The translations under genes were made by a program, and so were the position numbers. The notes below the pieces were generated by a model. The model was not told the origin of the DNA and made no database searches. It saw only the letters and a list, made by a program, of their open reading frames with translations. From assembly GCA_951406725.2 (NCBI GenBank), contig OX597822.1:54498001-54562000 (forward strand): a stretch of 64,000 bases of DNA, written 5' to 3'. Positions 1 to 14,554 of the stretch are shown in pieces. The number at the start of each line of letters is the position of its first letter. The stretch's first letter is position 1. The stretch is from Octopus vulgaris (lineage: Eukaryota).

Positions 1-14
1 CTGTGAGTCTTTGG

Positions 15-68
<54 letters not shown>

Positions 69-85
69 CTCAATACATAGCAGAG

Positions 86-126
<41 letters not shown>

Positions 127-144
127 AAGCATGTGTGTGCACAG

Positions 145-208
<64 letters not shown>

Positions 209-589
209 ATCTATCTATCTATACACACGTACACGCACGCACATACACACACACACACACGTATATACATATATATATATCTATCTCTCCCTGTCTCTGT
301 TTTTCTCTTTCTCTCTCTCTCTCTCTGTTCCTTTCTCCCTTTCACTATACATACACACATGCACATATATTCATATTCGTCTTTCTATATATATATATAT
401 TTATTTATTTATTTCTCTTTCTCTGTATTCTCTGTCTTCTTCTTCTCTCTCTCTCTATTTCTCTCTATTTCTTTCTCTCTGTCTCTCTCTCTCTCTCTCC
501 CTCTCTATCTATCTATCTATCTATATTTTTTCCTCCCCCCCTTTTTATTCTTTTTTTTTAAAATTTTATTCCCCCCTTTTTTGTCCTCT

Positions 590-710
590 TTCTTTCTCTT
601 TACGATCCCTTTTGATCGAAAACCAAACCCCCTTTTTTACCCCCAAAAGAAAAGCTCTACCTTGTAATTTGTCCTGTCTGTGTGCAGCCCTGTGTGGCTA
701 ATAAAGAAAC
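590..710 (+). mobile_element. Tx1/L1-like LINE 3' UTR fragment
   Basis: Ends ...tttgtcctgtctgtgtgcagccctgtgtggctaataaagaaac, resembling the 3' ends of the Tx1-like copies at ~36700-36768 and ~43220-43280 (tcctgt...aataaagaa). Confidence 0.55.
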
Positions 711-793
711 ATATCTATTTATCTATCAATCTATCTATCTACCTACCTACCTCTCTGTCTGTCTGTCTGTCTAGTTATTTAGTTATTTAGTTA

Positions 794-1118
<325 letters not shown>

Positions 1119-1199
1119 TATTGATGTGTTTATGAGTGGGCGGCTTAGTTTTTAAATGTTGACAACTGCTAATTAATGTGAACTGTTTAAGTGATTCAA

Positions 1200-1537
1200 T
1201 GAGACAGAAAGAGACAGAAAGGGAGAAAGAGAGAGAGAAGGAGAAAGGGGGTGGAAGGGATGTAGAGGAAGAGAGAAAGGGAGAGCGCGAAAGAGGGAGA
1301 GCGGGAAAGAGGGAAACGGAGAGATGGGGAGAGATGGGAAGAGAATGAGAGGGACATTAAGGAGTAATTGATGATTGAGTAGGGAAAAAAGAAGGAGAGA
1401 GAGAGAGAAAGAAGGAGATAGAGAGATTAAGGAGATGTGTTAGAGAAGGAATGAATGAATGAAGGAGAGAGACATAAAATGAGAGAGAAAGAAAGAGGGA
1501 GAGAGATTAAGGGGGTGTGATAGAAAAGATGAATGAA

Positions 1538-1594
<57 letters not shown>

Positions 1595-1679
1595 AAAGAG
1601 AGAATGAGAGAAGAGAAAGAAAGTGGGTGGGAGTGACTTGAGAGGTTGTTGCAATAAGTGTAGAAAGAGAAATGGTAAC

Positions 1680-1754
<75 letters not shown>

Positions 1755-1990
1755 TGAGAGCGGGAGAGAGAGTTTGGAATTAGATAACAGTCTCAGTGTG
1801 TGTGTGTGTGTGAATGCGAACGAGTTAAAACAGAGAGGAAGAGATGGAGAGAGAGAGAGAGGGGGAGAGAGGCAGAGAATTAGCGAGAGAGAGAGCAAAG
1901 GAAGGAATGAATGATATAAAGAGAGGAAGGCTGAATGTGAAGGAGCCAGAGAAAACAGGAGAGAGAGGGAGAGAGAGAGAGAGAGAGACT
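1200..1990. repeat. Polypurine/(GA)n low-complexity tract
   Basis: Mostly purine on the + strand with several (GA)n runs. Confidence 0.9.
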
Positions 1991-2031
1991 TAGGAGGGAG
2001 AGAACGTTCAAGAGTTCTCAGTTTTTTTTAA

Positions 2032-2067
<36 letters not shown>

Positions 2068-2252
2068 GCTGTTAATAATCGCTGACAGAAATAGGCAGAG
2101 AAGGTGGAAAATATTAGTTTTGAACGAGGAAGGAAAATTCCAGAAAGCGACCGTCTTTGGAATGGAGTACAGGACTACAAGTCTGCGGGTAACTGAGTGT
2201 CAAATAGTTCCTACTTAAACCGTTACTCTGTCACGGACAGAGCTAAGTAAAT

Positions 2253-2324
<72 letters not shown>

Positions 2325-2344
2325 GCTGGCTTATGGGGGAAATC

Positions 2345-2563
2345 AACTAGGGAGCCTCCAACTAGCATTCGACCTTCTAGAAATAGCAGCCAAATCTCTT
2401 TTAAATTACACCACGCTTTCGTAAATTAGAAAGGACACATTGAATAATTAAATCCTTGGATTAGGAGTGAAGGTAAAAAAGAAAAATCGAGATGCTTCCG
2501 GCGGGAGCATCTTTGATCATTGTTCTGTTCAATCGGGATTGTTTTGAGATTAAACAACAACAA
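2345..2563 (+). mobile_element. Old dispersed SINE/LINE-tail-like repeat (family D); other copies at ~49868-50068(+), ~51390-51560(+), ~53238-53462(+), ~60795-60990(-)
   Basis: Shared degenerate motifs (tagaaatagcagccaaatct ... tgatca ... aaacaacaac) recur at five loci; several copies end in a CAA-like tail. Confidence 0.6.
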
Positions 2564-3059
2564 CACAGACACACCCACACAGACGCATACATACGTACAC
2601 ACAACATTTCACTTCTCTCTTTTTCCGATTTTGCTTGCTGCATCAAAAGTGAAGTCACGAAGACTGATGTACTTTAACGAAGGTAGGATACAATTTCTCT
2701 CAGGTAACAAAAATTAAAAACAAAAGAAGAAAAGGAACGCCGAGAGGATACTGTCAGTGTCATTCGTTGACGAAAATTGTATTTGAGTGTGTGGATGATT
2801 TCGTATGCTGTGGAAAGAAGAGGAATCCAACGTTCTGAGATTAACTCTTTGTCCGACAGAGAAATAGCACATTTTTCTTCCTCAGACAAAAGAACACTAC
2901 TTTCCACGGTAAAGAATGGTGCATGAAAAATGCCAATAGACAATCAAGGAACCCTACAGATCCTAGAGTTCCCAAACCACTAAGAGTAAATGCTCTCCTC
3001 TAAATGCTATTCCTCGGTCAATAGGCAAATGTTGAAAGTCGAGCTGTTTATTGCAGCAG

Positions 3060-3245
3060 GGTCGCCACTTTCGCCTCCCTTTCAACAAGTTTAATAGAGA
3101 GCAGAGCCTCCCTCTTAACCCGTGCCTTCTTCTTTAAATGGTACATAAAAACTTTGGTAAAGACTTGGCCAACTAGGAAGTATTTGGCTTCAATGCTTCC
3201 AGTTTGCTCTACCACACAATCTCTTTCGCCAGGGCTACCAGAAGA
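3060..3245 (-). mobile_element. Tx1-like LINE ORF2 C-terminal fragment
   Basis: Minus strand reads LVALAKEIVW*SKLEALK...FMYHLKKKARVKRE, homologous to LVALAKEGVW*TRLKGLKTN of the Tx1-like copy at ~36288-36420. Confidence 0.7.
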
Positions 3246-3787
3246 AAACTACCTGCCTCTCCCGGCAAATGAAAGCTCCCTGTTCAGTAAATTTAGGAGC
3301 CTAAAATTATCAATGATGTTTCCCTTGTTTTTTCTCATGAGCGATACTACTCCTCGGCTCACAAACTAGTGTATTCCCCCGTTCTGCTGCAGGTTGCAGC
3401 AGACATCTTCCGAAACGTCGGCTGATATGTCTGACATATATGTATAAAGCTCACTATCGAACCAAGCGACTTGCTTCTCATACCTAACAGTATCTCAGAT
3501 GTTTTTTTGGGTTTTTTTCCGCATTTCTCAGTATCATTCACCGAGAGCTGCAGATCTTTTTCTGGTGGGCACTAACGTCCACTATCTTCTCTGCCAACTG
3601 CTTGCTCCGAACAACTAAGCAAAACGCCGCTGCAAAGTCGTTCTCGTCTGCTTGAGATCCAGTAACCCGCATATGTCCCCGTTCCCCAAATACAGAATTG
3701 GGGTTTTGTTTGCACAGCGCGCTTCTGCCAAGTGGCTACATCAAATAACTTTCGTTCCTTCGTGTCCATGAAAACACACACACGCGA

Positions 3788-3851
<64 letters not shown>

Positions 3852-3856
3852 ACACA

Positions 3857-3917
<61 letters not shown>

Positions 3918-4199
3918 TGTCTTTAGCTCGCGGTTCTCAGAGACGGTCGCGGGTGCATGTGTTCTGGAAATCCTGACATCACTGATGACTAGCAGTTTTG
4001 TTTTGTTACATGAAGTCGCTAAGCACGTGATATTGCTTCCCAACCGACTGCAACTCATGTACATTTATACATCGTACTCTGTGTACAGCTATGCTGGTTG
4101 AAAAAAGAAAAGGCAGAGAAATATTTTTATCAGGTCTCGGAGAAGACGGTTAATGCAATGTTTTCAACGGTAAGAGGTTCTTTGAAAAACTCTTGCAAA

Positions 4200-6780
4200 G
4201 AAATTTTGTCCATTTTATTTTAGAAAATTACAATTATCCCTTTGCATCTTAGTCAGACGTCTCGGCTCTGTGAAATAATTTTGAAGATGGGTTCTTCACC
4301 GTATTTTTATATATTTTCGTCTCATTCGATGTAATAAATCTCGATTTTACGCGAATACAGAAAGGAAGCTATGAAATTCTGGTTGGAAGAATTTCCAAAT
4401 GATATTCCTGACCGAACTGGAAAATGATTTATCATTGAAAGATTAAAATTCATCCTATAAAATGGCTTTATCAGTTTCAATGACGGCACCTATAAATAGT
4501 TATTTGAGATTGCGATGAGAACGAGAGTAGCCCCCACTTATGCTAATCTTATCATGCAATACTTAGAAGTCCAAATGCCTGACCGAAATTTGGTGATAAC
4601 TTTAAAAAATACTCAGTCGCCAACTGGAAACGCTACCTGGATGATTGATTCAGTCTGTGATCACATAATCTTGATTAATTCTTAGAATTTAAAAACTTAA
4701 TAACATTAACCACAGAATCCAATTTACGATGGAATACAGTCCAAAACAGCTACCCTTTTTGGACATCCTATTCATAAAACGAGATACTAACATTGAAACC
4801 GATATTTACTTTAAATCAACACTTTTAAAACAATACCTGCTATTCACTTCCTGCCATCCATAGTATACTAAAATCAATATACCTTTTAACTTGGCAAGAA
4901 GAATTTTCACGATTATATCTAATCCCAAAACCCAGGAAAAAAATATTCAAAGAACTTAAAAATATATTACTGGAAAGAAAATACCCGGTCAGTTTAATCA
5001 ATAACAGAATAGAATGTGCAAAAGCGATAGACATCTAAGAATGACCAAAAACAAGAAAAAACCCTGATACATTTAAAACTTTATCTTATGTATCAACGCA
5101 CAATCCAAGAAACATGGAAGCATACATCATCCATCAGAATATACCTGTTCTGATGAATTACCTGTGAATGAAAAATGCACTCGAAACACATAAAATTATT
5201 AAAAGAAAAAGACAGCCTAAATCTCTAAAATGGTTACTTACTGGCACCAAATTACCTACCAAAAATACGGCCCGCTAATCAAAAAATGTAACCGACCTTA
5301 TTGCAAGACTTGCATCAACCTTATGGATGATTCAAAATATAAATTCAAATCAGCTCATACATTCGCCATATTGAGGAACTTAATCTATATTCTCAAATGT
5401 GGTGGGTGTGTTGGTGACTGCGCAAGGCAAACGAGCTTGACTTTGAGGGACAGACTGGCAGTTTGCAGGCAACGGATTCAGGATCCCACAACTAGGAAAA
5501 TTCTCATAAGTAAACACCTAGATCAGTGCCCAACGAACAAACGTCTCAAATACCAGATTTTCCTTCTCTTATCAATGCACCAGAAATACGTCAGCCCAAT
5601 TTCGATTAAATAAGGAAGATATATTTATTATGATATATAAACCACAAATGAATCCTCTGTAACAACAGACCAGAATGAGAAAAGTTAATTTATTCACGAA
5701 AAACGACCTGAGACAACAGATATAAATTAAAAGTTTGAGTAACAGGCTATCCCAAGAGTTCGAAACCCTAACTCCAAACAGCTGTATAATAACACCTTAC
5801 ACCTTTTCAAACATCCATTTGCTAACGTCACTCTATCAACCAGTGAGTCTATTTTCTGGTCAAAACCGGACTTCAGGAAAAAACAAATAAACATTCAGCT
5901 GATCGAAACCAGTGGCTTCTTAAAGGAATCAACCAAGCGGAACGCTGGACGATCGTCAGACAGAAACAAGTCACCAAATCCCTTGGCTACAAAAAACGAC
6001 GTAAACAGAAAATCACCCAACCAGAGCACCGGATCTCTACTGTTCAAAAACAAAGGATCAAAATATTCAACAAACAAATGACGTCACTAGGAAGTCAATC
6101 AACCAAAACACTGGACTTCTCCCAAAAACAAAAATATTGGACCAAAATATCCATAAACCAAATGATATATTAAGACAGCCAGCCATACAGACAAAAGCAA
6201 GAGACGTCATTAAATTTACAACCATCAGGACTTTATCCTTTACCGTAAAACATGTATACAAAGCAATTTTAACTTAAAACAGTTTGAGTTCTCGCTAGCA
6301 AAACCAAAGACAAGGAATCTTTCTTCATGCACTACGACAGAAATTATATAAAAAAAGCGTTTTCCTTTCTCTCCTTCTTTTCTCTTACTCCTTTAAATAA
6401 CTTCATCGTATCTAATTGTTGATATAACTCAATATTACTGAACTTCCATCATGCATATCTCTTATGAAACTCATTGAACATTTGAATCCGTATTACTGTC
6501 TATTTCTGTAAAACTCATTGGAATGAACATTTGATCTTTTAAGCATGTTTTTTTCCAAATTTTCCTTTGTAACTTTAACCTCTTCTAAACCCTTTACTTT
6601 TATTTATTTTTCATTTATCATTGATAAACAAAAAAAAAAAATGTTGAAACTAGTTTGATATTTTAATAAACCTGCTGAAAACTTTTTAAATCACTTCACG
6701 TTTTGAGACTCAGGTGCATTTTCAAACCAAAACAAATTCTCCTATATTCTTCCTTGTGCCGGAATAAGCTTCGTTTCTCC
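4200..6780 (+). mobile_element. Degenerate Penelope-like element (RT + GIY-YIG endonuclease + pLTR), probably Neptune group
   Basis: IAMRTRVAPTYANLIMQYLE, WKRYLDD (~4625), IQFTMEYSPKQLPFLDIL, Cys linker KCNRPYCKTC, GIY-YIG NLIYILKCGGC...QTSLTLRDRL; many stops/frameshifts; pLTR-type end with hammerhead-like skeleton at 6616-6660. Confidence 0.88.
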
Positions 6781-6913
6781 ATGTACGTACGTACGTATGT
6801 ACGTATGTATGTATGTATGTATGTATGTATGTATGTATGTATGTATGTATGTATGTATGTATGTATGTATGTATGTATGTATGTATGTGTATGTATGTAT
6901 GTATGTATGTATG

Positions 6914-6942
<29 letters not shown>
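6781..6942. repeat. (TATG)n microsatellite
   Basis: Direct tandem repeat. Confidence 0.97.
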
Positions 6943-6944
<2 letters not shown>

Positions 6945-7300
6945 CAAGTCCTAGAATTGAAACCTCACAGTTTCATTTAGCCGAAATATTCTGCTATATA
7001 AATCATTGTATGAGGTCCTGCACTTTTGTAGTTATAAAAGCGAAAGCTTGCCAGGATCAACCAGAGAGCGGCTGTTCGAAGCATGAACAGCTAGTTTTTA
7101 CCTATAGTTTTCCTTTACTGAAATTCAGCCCACAGTAAAAATGAATTCATCAATTAGGACAAACAAACAAACAGTATTCCCGCTAATCACGCGACACCAA
7201 TCTTTTATGTCCGTAATTTAAATGCACCTACGTTCGATTCTAACTTCCTATAATGCACTTCTGGCATTTACCGGAAAACTTTTATGTATAAATGTAAATA

Positions 7301-7495
7301 TTCTTTCTACTGGCAGAACAAGGCCTCAAATTTGGAGGAAGGGATTAAATCGATTACATCAACCCCTGTGCGTAACTGGTACGTATTTAATCGACCCCGA
7401 AAGGTTGAAAGGCAAAGTCGACCCCGGCGGAATTTGAATTCAGAACATAGCGGCAGACGAAATACCGCTAACGATTCTGCCAGCTCGCCGCCTTA
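7301..7495 (-). mobile_element. tRNA-derived SINE family A (central domain resembles Meta/MESC-type SINE core)
   Basis: Sense strand: taaggcggcgagctggcagaatcgttag (A box), gaattcaaattcc (B-box-like), core gtcgactttgcctttcaacctttcggggtcgat; roughly 20 related copies in the window. Confidence 0.85.
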
Positions 7496-7745
7496 TATAC
7501 ATGTACGAAGTTCGCACTTGTTTTGTTATGGGACAACACTCAACTAACTAATACCTACCAACAACGAGTCATACACCCAACTGCAACACATGTATGTATG
7601 CTATTCTCTTTGTCTTTTTAATTTTGAGTAAAACTTGACCGGTCAAGTTGTGACGGAAAGTATCTTCTTTCAACCACCTTCCTTTAAATTTTAAGAGCTT
7701 GCAGGCTTTTATAGTCCTAGTTACCGTGATAATTTGCAATGTATG

Positions 7746-8290
7746 TACGAGGGAGAATAAAAAATTATATGCACTCTTGTTTTTACAATGTATTCATACA
7801 AAAGCAGGGGATAAACAAGTACGTAATTTGTTTATATACTCCACCTTGCTTTTCGATGCACTTGGTCCAGCGGTCCACAAGCTTGCCTCTAAGTATTCCC
7901 TTCAATTAGAAAGTTTACGGTTGGTCGTGCAACCATTTATGCACCGCTTCTTTCACATCTTCATCCATAGGAAATCGACGACTCCGTAAACCATCTTTGA
8001 GCGACCCAAAGATATAGTCAGAAGGAGTGAGATCTGGCTGTAGGCAGGGTGTTCAAGCACCTAAAAACCCAGTTGATTAATGGTTTTCAACGGCTGAGTG
8101 ACCGTGTACGAGCGTGCATTGTCATGCAACAACAAAACTTTCTTCGACAATAGTCTTCGGCGTTTGGTGAAAATTGCTGGCTTCAGTTTGTTGGCCAGCA
8201 AAGCACTGTATGTTGCATTGTTGATCGTATACCCCTTTTCCAGAGAAAATGGATCACTGCTCTTTGTTCTTCTTTGGTACACATTGCAAG
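7746..8290 (-). mobile_element. Mariner transposon 3' relic
   Basis: TA + cgaggg terminus at 7746; minus strand GYTINNATYSALL...KKVLLLHDNARSYT...GF*VLEHPAYS (HDNARPH and HPPYSPDL motifs). Confidence 0.85.
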
Positions 8291-8419
8291 TGGAGCGGCC
8301 ATGCTTACACTGTAAAGCTAGAAAGAAAAATGGCGCGATCAGGCTCAAACTTCGATCACGTAACCACAATAGTACCAACTATAAGCACGCAGTGTGACAA
8401 TAATAAAGATATGTTATGG

Positions 8420-8720
8420 CGAAAGTGCGGATAATTTTTGACTTCGCCTTGTATTAAGAACTTGCGTTCTCTCCTCAAGAACCCAAGTTCAGTCATACTT
8501 TGCTTCAGACGTCTTGGTATGTATCCTGTTCCTCCAATAATAATGGGTATGAATTTGAAAGTGTATCTTGGGCACTGGATTTGCAAACTTCTTATCAATG
8601 GTCCATAGATGCCCTCTTTCTTTTGTGTTTTTTCAAACCACTAGTCGATTCAGCAAAACTTTGGATGAACTTTCTCTACCGTCCAAGACATTGAATTCAG
8701 TGTGTACGTGCGATTTAGAA
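8420..8720 (-). mobile_element. RLE non-LTR retrotransposon C-terminal fragment
   Basis: IRSLQIQCPRYTFKFIPIIIGGTGYIP; similar to the C-terminus at 22010-22735. Confidence 0.65.
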
Positions 8721-8756
8721 CCTCAAGCAAGGCCTTTTATCATCAAGACGTTTTAA

Positions 8757-10135
8757 CATCAAGTCAGAAACATTTGGTACTGTTGTGAGAGAGTTTATTT
8801 ACGCTGGTATTGCTGATGCTATGTCTCATTCAGCGAAGGACAAACAGATTATATTGAACACCTTATCCAATGCTTGCACTCCATTTGGTCTAAATACTAG
8901 TTTCAAATTTTGGCACAAGGCAAGCAATATCGGGAAGAGGGTAAGTCGACTATATCGACCTCAGCGCTCAATTGGTATTTATCATATCAACCCGAAAGAG
9001 AAGAATTTGAACTCAGAACGTAAAGACGGACGGAGTGGAGTACTGTTAAGCATTTTGTCTGGCGTGCTAACGATTCTGCTAGTTCGCCGCCGTATTTGGT
9101 TCCAAAATTTGGTACAAGAACAGCAATACCGAGTAGTGGCTAAGTTGATTGAATTGACTCCAGTGCTCAACTGGTACTTATTTTACCGATCCTGAAAAGT
9201 TGAAAGGCAAAGTTGACCTCGGTGGAATTTAAACTCAGAACGTGAAGACGGATGGAATGCTGCAAAGCATTTTGCCCGGCGTATTAACGATTCTGCCAGC
9301 TTACCGACTAATTTGATCTAAATATTAGCATGAAAATGATAATGGTCATGTACACTCCACCAGATGGGTGGACATATTTGAAGGAGAAAAAACACTTAGG
9401 TGGTGGACAGCTTGGAAATATACTTAGTAGAGACGGCACCCTTGACGCTGATATAAATCACAGGCTTGCGAAAACTAGTCCTGCTTTTGGGAAACTCGAG
9501 AAGGGAGTCAGATCAGAACGGCCTATCACGAGAGACACGAAGCTCAATGTATATGAAGCCTGTGTTTTTATAGCCCTCCTATATGGATAAGAAACGTAGT
9601 CATTATATCAAATAGTTGATATAACACTGTATTCTGCGCATCCTCAACATAAACTGATTCTCTTACTCAACTAATTTTGCTCTGGTAGAACCAGTGTTGA
9701 GAAAAGGATAATTTTGAACCAGATGCGTTGGGCTGGTCATATCGTTAAGACGGAAGACGGCAGGCTCCCCAAACATATATTTTATGGGGAGCTGACCAGA
9801 AAAAAAAAAGGCTTCAGCACAGACATAAAACAGTTTAAGGATGTCATAAAAGGCAACCTTCAATTTCTGGAGATCGACATGGATATCAGGGAGACATTGG
9901 CTGAAAGCCGTACGGCATGGAGAGAGACTATCATGTACAGGTGCGACGCTTTTGAGCAAAAGCAAAGGGAGAACTCTACATTGAAGTGTTCGTTCCGCAA
10001 GCAAGACCCAAATGTAGTTGCTGTAGCAAAAACCCGGCTGAAATAGAAATGTCCTGTGTGCGGATGATTTCCTCTCTCAAGGGCCAGGAAGAAATCGAGC
10101 TGCTTATGAGATTGTCCTTCTGTCGCGTGCAGCAT
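8757..10135 (+). mobile_element. RTE (BovB-like) LINE 3' fragment interrupted by two SINE-A copies
   Basis: REFIYAGIAD..SHS...ACTPFGL [insertion] LGNILSRDGTLDADINHRLAKTSPAFGKL...TKLNVYEACV..LLYG, MRWAGHIVKTEDGRLPKHIFYGEL. Confidence 0.85.
8901..9310 (-). mobile_element. Tandem pair of SINE-A copies with an 18-bp target-site duplication
   Basis: Flanks atttggtctaaatactag (8883-8900) and atttgatctaaatattag (9311-9328), 2 mismatches; RTE homology resumes after the second flank. Confidence 0.8.
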
Positions 10136-10241
10136 GTTACATTCTTACTGAAAAGAAAAGTAATTGTCACATCTGCGAACGTTCTCGCAGAACGAAAGTA
10201 TGTATATAATATGTGTGTGTGTATCTATCTATCTATCTATC

Positions 10242-10281
<40 letters not shown>

Positions 10282-10320
10282 TTATCTCTCTATCTATTTA
10301 TCTACATACATACATACAGC

Positions 10321-10500
10321 CACTCTCGCCTGAAGAAATGAATCTATGAAGATGATCTACCCGATGCCCACGTATACTACGGGCTATATTGAAATCATTC
10401 CAGGAATACGGACTGTGATCTTAAGAGACATGTGATTAGTGAAAACGTGCGTAGCGATGAGTTAAAAGTTTATACATTTCACCCAAGGATAATTGCTATT
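10321..10500 (+). mobile_element. Solo PLE pLTR-like relic with hammerhead-like skeleton
   Basis: tcgc-CTGAAGA-[~100 nt]-GAAA-acgtgcgta-gcga; bounded by microsatellites. Confidence 0.45.
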
Positions 10501-10555
10501 ATTACTATATATATATATATATAATATATAGTGATCATAACAATAATATATATAA

Positions 10556-10630
<75 letters not shown>

Positions 10631-11148
10631 TACACATACACTGTTGGTTATGAATAAAGAATACTAAGAACTTATCTGTGTATATCAGTATATTTATATA
10701 TGTGTATATGTATGTATATGTATTTATACACTAAAGTGCGTGTGTTCTCAATTCATAACCAATAGTTTCTCGTTTCGACGACTTGCATAATGAACGCACT
10801 TTACTACTAGGAAGATATTTTCTAATCTGTCCATTCAGGATTTTCAGGATGAATCTGATTGGTTGGCAGGTAAAGAGAGAGGGTGACAACATAAATGGCA
10901 TTAAAACGTCATAACACGCGTTGCTGTAGTTACGAATTTAAAGAAGCACTGCAAACGTAAAAAGTGGCGAAACAACTCTGCTTATGATACGAGGACAATA
11001 TTTTAACTTGTCAACAATTATTCATTCACGTGTTGCGGAGCAAATGAATAAATAAAAGAAAAAGTAGGTATTGATGCGTTGATATGAATGCATTAATGTA
11101 AATATGGCAGCGTAAGTTAAAATTAAGGAAGTGAAAATCTAAAATATA

Positions 11149-11602
<454 letters not shown>

Positions 11603-11678
11603 AATCTTTATCCAATTACACTGCTTATGAAATAACAACAGCAGCAGCAGTCGCAGTAGTAGTAGTACTAGTAGTAGT

Positions 11679-11784
<106 letters not shown>

Positions 11785-11854
11785 ACAACAATGACGTCGA
11801 TGATAACTACGATAATGATGACATCAACTACAACAACGACAAAAACAACGATAA

Positions 11855-12070
11855 TTTTTTTTATAGAATAGGCACAACACTGAAATTTTGTGGGGAGGGG
11901 GATAATCGGTTATATCAATCTCAGTGCTCAATTGCTCCTTATTTCATCGATCCTGAAAAGATGGAAGCAAACTCGACCTCGGCGGAATTTGAACTCAGAA
12001 TGTAAAAAGGGACGAAATGGCGCTATGCATTTCACTCTACGCGTTAAAGATTCTGTCAATGCGTCGCTTA
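11855..12070 (-). mobile_element. SINE-A copy (diverged)
   Basis: tcgacctcggcggaatttgaactcagaa core/B-box segment. Confidence 0.75.
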
Positions 12071-12149
12071 AGACCCTTCAGGAATTAGAAACTACCACAC
12101 AAGCTTCGTTTTATAAGAGTTAACGTCGATAAACTGTAAGATGTAACGT

Positions 12150-14324
12150 CGATAAACTCTAAGATGTAAAAGGTAACATCACACATACAATATCTTACAA
12201 TATACAGAAATAAATGATAGAGAACAGCTGCCTAAATTCCAAACGAAAATGTTCCGTTTACAATAAAAATCTTACTTACAAATAAATTCATGATTACGCC
12301 CCCAAAAGAAATCCTTGCAGAATCTAAATGCGACATGACTTCAGCAGCATCTGCAGATACTAAGAAAATAGGTAGAGAAAAAGGCACACAAAAATAATAT
12401 GCAAAAGCAAAAGGCAACTAAAATGGAAAGAGCGAATAAACAAAAAAAATTACAGCTTAGGTGTGAACTTAGATGAATTATCTAAGAGAACAATGTTAAC
12501 AGAAAGAAAGACAGAATAGTGAAGTGCAGGTACAAATTAACTGACATGACTGAAGTAATTAAATCCAAAGAGTTAGAGAAATAAAATCTACAGCTTAAGC
12601 CACAACGTTTCCGTACTTTTGGTAACAGAAGCAACTTCTACTGACAAAACAAAATCTTCAAAATGGATGCGAAAAGCAAATAATGGAAATTAAGGACACT
12701 TGAAATGCATGAGGTAGAATCGTTGTGGAAAAGTATATCAAGTAATATCAAAGATTCTAATGGAAATTATGAGTGGATCACAAGAGAGGAATAAAGAATA
12801 GTGAATAAACAAGAAGAAAGTTGGGAAGCTATCACCGTCAAGGAACTGAAAGAAGCCTTATCAAAGGCTCATAAATGGAAATCCCCTGGACATGGTATGT
12901 CACTAAACTTTTGGCTGAATCCTCTCTCAACATCACACAAACAATTATTTGAGCGTTTTTCCGACATAATGAAAAACCCAGAAAAATGCCACCTTGGCTG
13001 ACTCAAGGGATAATCTATGTAATGCCTAAAAATGAGAGAACCAAAACCCTGAAGAATTACTGGCCAATTACGTGCCTTACTACCACTGACAACATACTGG
13101 TTTCAAATTTTGCCATAAGACCAACAATTTCGGGGGAGGGAGTAAGTCGATATCGTCAACCCCAATGCCCAACTGGTACTTATTTTATCGATCACTTACT
13201 AATTTCTCGACCAACACGATATTTTGCATTTAGAGCAAAAAAGATGCCGTAGGAATTCCTATGGCTGCAAAGATCAACTTATGATTAACCGAATGATACT
13301 TGAAAACTGCTTCTCTTAAAGTAGTAATCATAGTAAATCTTGGATAGATTACCGAAAGACATTCGATAGTGTCTCTCACCCGTGAATCGCTAAAGCTCTA
13401 GACTAATACAAAATATCACCAATTATTGAAGGTTTTCTTCGCCAAAGTATGAGCATATGGTACATAAAACTGTACCTCAATCATAAGTATTAAGATTAAT
13501 TAGTATCAAGATTAATCAAAGTGTGTTTCAAGGAGATTCGTTATCCCCATTGCTTTTTTGTTTAACACTCATAGCTCTGTCACATGAATTGAACTGTACA
13601 CAATTTGGATACAGAATGTTTGATAGAATCACATCTTTTTTATATAGAATACCTGAAGCTATATGCAAAATATAATAATGATCTATAGGGATTACTAGCA
13701 AACTGTGAAAAGTTTTAATGACAATATTAACGTAGAAATTGTTAAGTGCACCGCCAAAGCAAGATTTAAACGGGGAAAACACATTTCTCCATCGTCCATA
13801 ACGCTTTTATTAAAGAATTAAACAAAGGTGGGGCATACAAATATCTGGGAATAAAGGAAGGGAAAGAGATCCAATACAGCGCCATGGAGAAAAAAATCAG
13901 CAACGAATATTATAGGAGAGTGAGACGGATTATGAAAACGGAACTGAATTCTCAGAATAGGATTCGAACCAATAATTTATTTGCTGCTCCAGTGGTACGG
14001 TATGGTTATAAAATAATTAACAGGAATATAAATGAATTCCAAAGAATGGACATCAAAATAAGATTCGTCATCCAAATCTACTTTCCTCGAAAAGTGGGTT
14101 GTAGAACCATCCTTCAATTAGAATTATCATACAAGGCCATCGCAGCAGGACTTAATTCATGCATCCAGAAAAAACTACGATAGATTGTTCAAAAGATTGC
14201 ACAAACCTCAGCTGTGCATCTCTTCAGAAAATTGCTATCGTTGTAACATGGTTACTAGCCTTAGGTTCCAGGCAGAGACCTACTGGTAAATAAGATGTCT
14301 CAAAATCAGGCTGATATATAAAAC

Positions 14325-14325
<1 letters not shown>
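12150..14325 (+). mobile_element. Degenerate, internally deleted R4/Dong-clade LINE (RT region) with a SINE-A fragment at ~13100-13192
   Basis: ELKEALSKAHKWKSPG..NFWL, PPWLTQGIIYVMPK...NYWPITCL, SYGCKDQLMIN, WIDYRKTFDSVSH, FQGDSLSPLLFCL, YKYLG, EYYRRVRRIMKTELNSQN; followed directly by (AAT)n. Confidence 0.88.
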
Positions 14326-14402
<77 letters not shown>

Positions 14403-14403
14403 T

Positions 14404-14554
14404 TATCTTGATATGAGATCACCATGTCGCGCACATATGGTTGTGATGCTTGTGCCTGGTGTACCCTTATCAGACGGGTAGTCATGATGGGTATATTGGG
14501 CTTCGTATATTTTACCCCAGTGTCACTTTGATGGCATGAACTGCTCTCTCACTC

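Noticed and set aside
121-701. Overlapping 146-188 aa ORFs (IYLS repeats) and the many similar ORFs throughout
   Set aside because: Translations of (TATC)n, (CT)n, (CA)n, (TATG)n and (AAT)n tracts, which lack stops in some frames; no protein signal.
2674-2943. 89-aa minus-strand ORF with complex sequence
   Set aside because: No recognisable motif, non-ATG start, adjacent to LINE debris; cannot be supported as a gene.
3981-4020. CTGATGA motif as a hammerhead core
   Set aside because: No downstream GAAA/stem III or stem I partner.
10641-10765. 15-bp inverted repeat (ctgttggttatgaat / attcataaccaatag) as a MITE
   Set aside because: Short, no TSD, interior is TA-rich low complexity; more likely a small inverted pLTR remnant, too weak to call.
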